From Fonticula alba ATCC 38817 (Eukaryota; Protista; Nucleariida): 9,954 bases of DNA. Shown here piece after piece: positions 7,492 to 9,954 of this stretch. The notes below the pieces were generated by a model that saw nothing but the letters and a program-made list of their open reading frames with translations, made no database searches and had not been told where the DNA came from. Positions within the stretch are counted from its first letter, which is position 1. Each line of letters opens with the position of its first letter. The stretch lies in assembly GCA_000388065.2 (NCBI GenBank), contig KB932202.1; one strand, 5' to 3'. The position numbers and the translations under genes are program-made.

Positions 7492-8785
7492 GGTGACGGG
7501 CTCCTTGTTGATGGCCACCGCCGGGGCCAGCCGCTGCCCAGGAGGCGGGAGCTTGAAGTGCTCCAGAGCATGGATCGGCCGGTCCTGGTTGCGGGAGTCC
7601 TCGCCGCCGGTGAGGTCGCCAATCGGACCGCCCGCGACGCCCCGGGCGGTCGAGGAGGACGAAGAGCCGGAGGAGGAATCCAGCTCGGCGGTCAGCCGGC
7701 GCGCGGCCTCCATGGTCTTCGGCACCAGGCGCTGAAGGGTCTTCTTGGCATTGAGCAATGTGCCGCCGGTGGTACCGGCACCGGACATGCCACGGGCCGC
7801 GGCGGATGACGCCGGCGCCGGGTACGGCTGGCTCAAGCGCGCCGGGCTGCTGCTCACGCCGCGTACCCCGGAGAGGCTGAGCTTGCCAACCGGCCGGGGG
7901 GTGGCCGGGGCAGCGGCCGGAGCGGCCACCACCGGCGCCGGCGGAGCCAGATGCTCCTGGGTCACCTCCACCAGCAGGGGAATCCACCACTTGTAGAAGA
8001 ACTGATAGGCGCTGATGGCGTGCGGCCGGATGGTGGACCAGAGGAAGAAGCTGTGATAATTGTCCACCTGCGCGCGGACCGACACGGACACCCGGCCGGC
8101 ACGCGGGACGGCCACCGGGGCGGGCTTCTTGGCCGGGGGGGCCACGCGCGCCGGCGTGTGGGTGCCGGTCCGTGCTGGCGAGGCCGCCAAGTGGAAGAGC
8201 CCCGGGAAAACCGGGCGCGGGACCTCGGAAAGGCCCTCGGCATGGTCACGCCCCGGGTGCTTGCGGAAGGACAGCTGCAGCAGGCTGGTGGGGGCCGCCG
8301 AGTCGAGCGCCGGGGCCGGAGCCAGGGCCAAAGAGCCGGCACTGGCCGTCGGAGTAGCCAGACCGGTCGGGGACTCCGGCTCGCTGAGGCCATCGCTCTC
8401 GGACGAGTGGTGATGGTCGGCCCCCAGGAGCCGGGGCCCGGCCGCGTGACGGAAGAGATGGTCCACCGGCGAGTCGGCCTGGAGGGGATAATCGTCGATG
8501 GTCGAGGCAAGAGGGCCCCCCCGAGCCAATGGTGCATGCCGGGGAGTCGACGTGCCGGAGGGGCTCGGGGAGGGGACCCCACCATCGTCCGAGTCGGACT
8601 CGGCGTCGGCGTCGGCGTCGGCATTGGCGGTGGCCGCATCGGCGAGCTGCAAGTCCTGCTCGGACATCGAGTCGACCACCGTGGCCGACTCGTCGAAGAT
8701 CGGCTTAATGGTAACCAGGATGTTGGCCTCGTAGTCCGCGTGGCAGGGGCCATTTTGGGGCTTGTTTTTGATCCAGAGGCGGAAG
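7492..8785 (-). CDS. Gene 2 large internal exon (about 431 codons): uncharacterised protein with short ordered blocks in disordered Ala/Pro/Ser sequence
   Basis: Acceptor cctttgcttgtCAG|C at 8787-8786 (phase 2) and donor ACC|GTGCGT at 7491 (phase 0). Open frame with GC3-rich codons. Ordered blocks include FRLWIKNKPQNGPCHADYEANILVTIKPIFDE, VSVSVRAQVDNYHSFFLWSTIRPHAISAYQFFYKWWIPLLVEV, LLNAKKTLQRLVPKTME and IHALEHFKLPPPGQRL. No family recognised. Confidence 0.8.
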
Positions 8786-8825
8786 CTGACAAGCAAAGGC
8801 ACGCGGCAGGGAGGGGGGGAGGGGG

Positions 8826-8835
8826 NNNNNNNNNN
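8826..8835. other. Assembly gap (10 N) inside the intron upstream of gene 2 exon 8785-7492
   Basis: N run after a G-rich tract. Confidence 0.99.
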
Positions 8836-8988
8836 GACCGTGGTGCCAGTGCGCCCGTACCCCGGCGTGCCGTGGCGCGTTCCCCCCCCCCCCCCCCCCC
8901 GACAGGTCACCATCCAGCAGGCCCGTGTCGGGACCCCCCCCCCCTCGCTCCCTGTGAATGTTGCTCGGCACCCTCGCCCCCGATCCGA

Positions 8989-9009
8989 GAGGGAGGCGGT
9001 CTTCGTGCA
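8989..9009 (-). repeat. Inverted copy of the 21-nt word at 4693-4713
   Basis: Exact 21/21 match, checked base by base. Confidence 0.9.
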
Positions 9010-9074
9010 AGTCAGGCTCGGACCAATGGACCGTCGTACCGCCCCTGCACACACTCGAATGAGAACACAGACAT

Positions 9075-9108
9075 GCGTGCACGCACACGCACACACACAA
9101 GGACACTT

Positions 9109-9142
<34 letters not shown>

Positions 9143-9207
9143 GCACACTCGCACACACACTCGCACACACACTCGCACACACACTCGCACACACACTCGC
9201 ACACACA
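9075..9207. repeat. (CA)n microsatellite grading into a 12-nt unit TCGCACACACAC, about 5 copies at 9149-9207
   Basis: Units start at 9149, 9161, 9173, 9185 and 9197, with a shorter 8-nt unit at 9141. Confidence 0.92.
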
Positions 9208-9933
9208 TGCCAATGATGTGTTGTCCTCGGGCCCCGGGGATCGTCGGATGATAGCCCCTCGAACCCTTGATTGATCACCTCTGTCGCCATACCCCGCCGA
9301 TCTCCATGGAGGAGAAGCCCCCGTCGGAGGCTCCCGGGGCCGGGGGGTACCCCTGGCGGCCGGTGTGCACGAGGGTGGCCGAATCGCCGCCGTGATGGAT
9401 CGAGCGAGGCGCCGGCGTCGTCAGGCCCGCCGGAGGAGCCGCGGACACGCAACAGCGCAGACATCAGGGCGCCCCGGAGGGGCTGGGAGCGAGCGAAAAC
9501 CCGGGGACACCCTGCGATCGCGCCCCCTCCCTTGTCACACGACCCCCTCCTACCCCGGAGCGCCGATGGGCGGACACTCGTAGCATGCCCGCCGAGCCAG
9601 CCGCCGGAGATGGGTCGGCCCGCGGGGACGCATTCCAGAGGGGAAAAACCGGCCTCCCTCGCCCCGCTCCCGGGGTTCCCCGCTGCCTGCTCAGGGGAGA
9701 GCTGCTTGCGTGGGGGGGGGGGGGGGGGACGGCCGGGGGGGAGCTGGACCCGCGAGGTTAGAGATGACCCGGCCACGGTCAACTATGAGCAAGCATGCTC
9801 ACCCCCGGAGGGCGCCGCCCGCGCTGCGTGCGGGTTCGCCCCCCGGCCCCGAGACGCGCCCAAAAGCCCCCGCCCCCTCCCGCCGCCACCCAGGCTCGCC
9901 GCCACTGTCCGACCCGGAGGCCGGCCCCCCCCG

Positions 9934-9954
9934 CCCCCCCCCCCCCTGTTTTCC
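9934..9954 (+). repeat. C13-TGTTTTCC direct copy at the window end
   Basis: Identical to 6000-6020. Confidence 0.85.

Noticed and set aside
7492-8100. Faint resemblance of gene 2 blocks to DENN (LxxxPxPxPG) or DEPDC5/Iml1 C-terminal motifs
   Set aside because: The core DENN motifs expected downstream are absent, and the similarity is only a few residues recalled from memory.
8861-9044. Candidate upstream exon of gene 2 (gtgCAG acceptor at 9046-9045, GG|GTACGG donor at 8860, phase-compatible with the 8786 acceptor)
   Set aside because: The translation (AVRRSIGPSLTCTKTASL...RGGGGGGTRHGTPG) has atypical codons and a G19 run, and it lies across an N gap. It is possible but not supportable without RNA-seq.
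9141-9207. CRISPR-like or telomeric array
   Set aside because: Units are contiguous CA-derived 8-12-mers with no spacers and no telomere-type G-rich unit; the context is eukaryotic.
1-9954. tRNA, rRNA or snoRNA genes
   Set aside because: No cloverleaf with A/B boxes, no conserved rRNA segments and no convincing C/D or H/ACA layout seen by eye. Infernal/tRNAscan would be needed to exclude them.

Overview
GC-rich, intron-rich eukaryotic DNA with three assembly gaps (N at 3285-3386, 5214-5999 and 8826-8835). It holds two spliced minus-strand genes. Gene 1 has five exons in the window (3256/3284-2870, 2611-2294, 2103-1999, 1828-1586, 1437-187) and continues past the window start. It encodes at least 768 aa: a basic, SP/TP-rich disordered N-terminus, a divergent and apparently truncated FERM-like (B41; F1 plus start of F2) region, a long acidic Glu-Pro linker, and a clear Bud6/Aip3 (AIP3, actin-interacting protein 3) domain with its coiled coil. 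Gene 2 (exons 8785-7492, 7362-7321, 7260-6466; 5' end not resolved) encodes an unrecognised protein of about 710 aa or more with a hydrophobic C-terminal tail. Introns are polypyrimidine/microsatellite-rich on the transcript strand, nearly AG-free and almost all phase 0. The non-genic GC-rich blocks (3387-5213, 8836-9954) share short exact or near-exact words, and the last 21 nt of the window duplicate the first 21 nt after the large gap. The AIP3 domain and sequence style suggest a unicellular opisthokont (Fonticula-like); this is inference only. The best lead is the FERM-like + AIP3 fusion.
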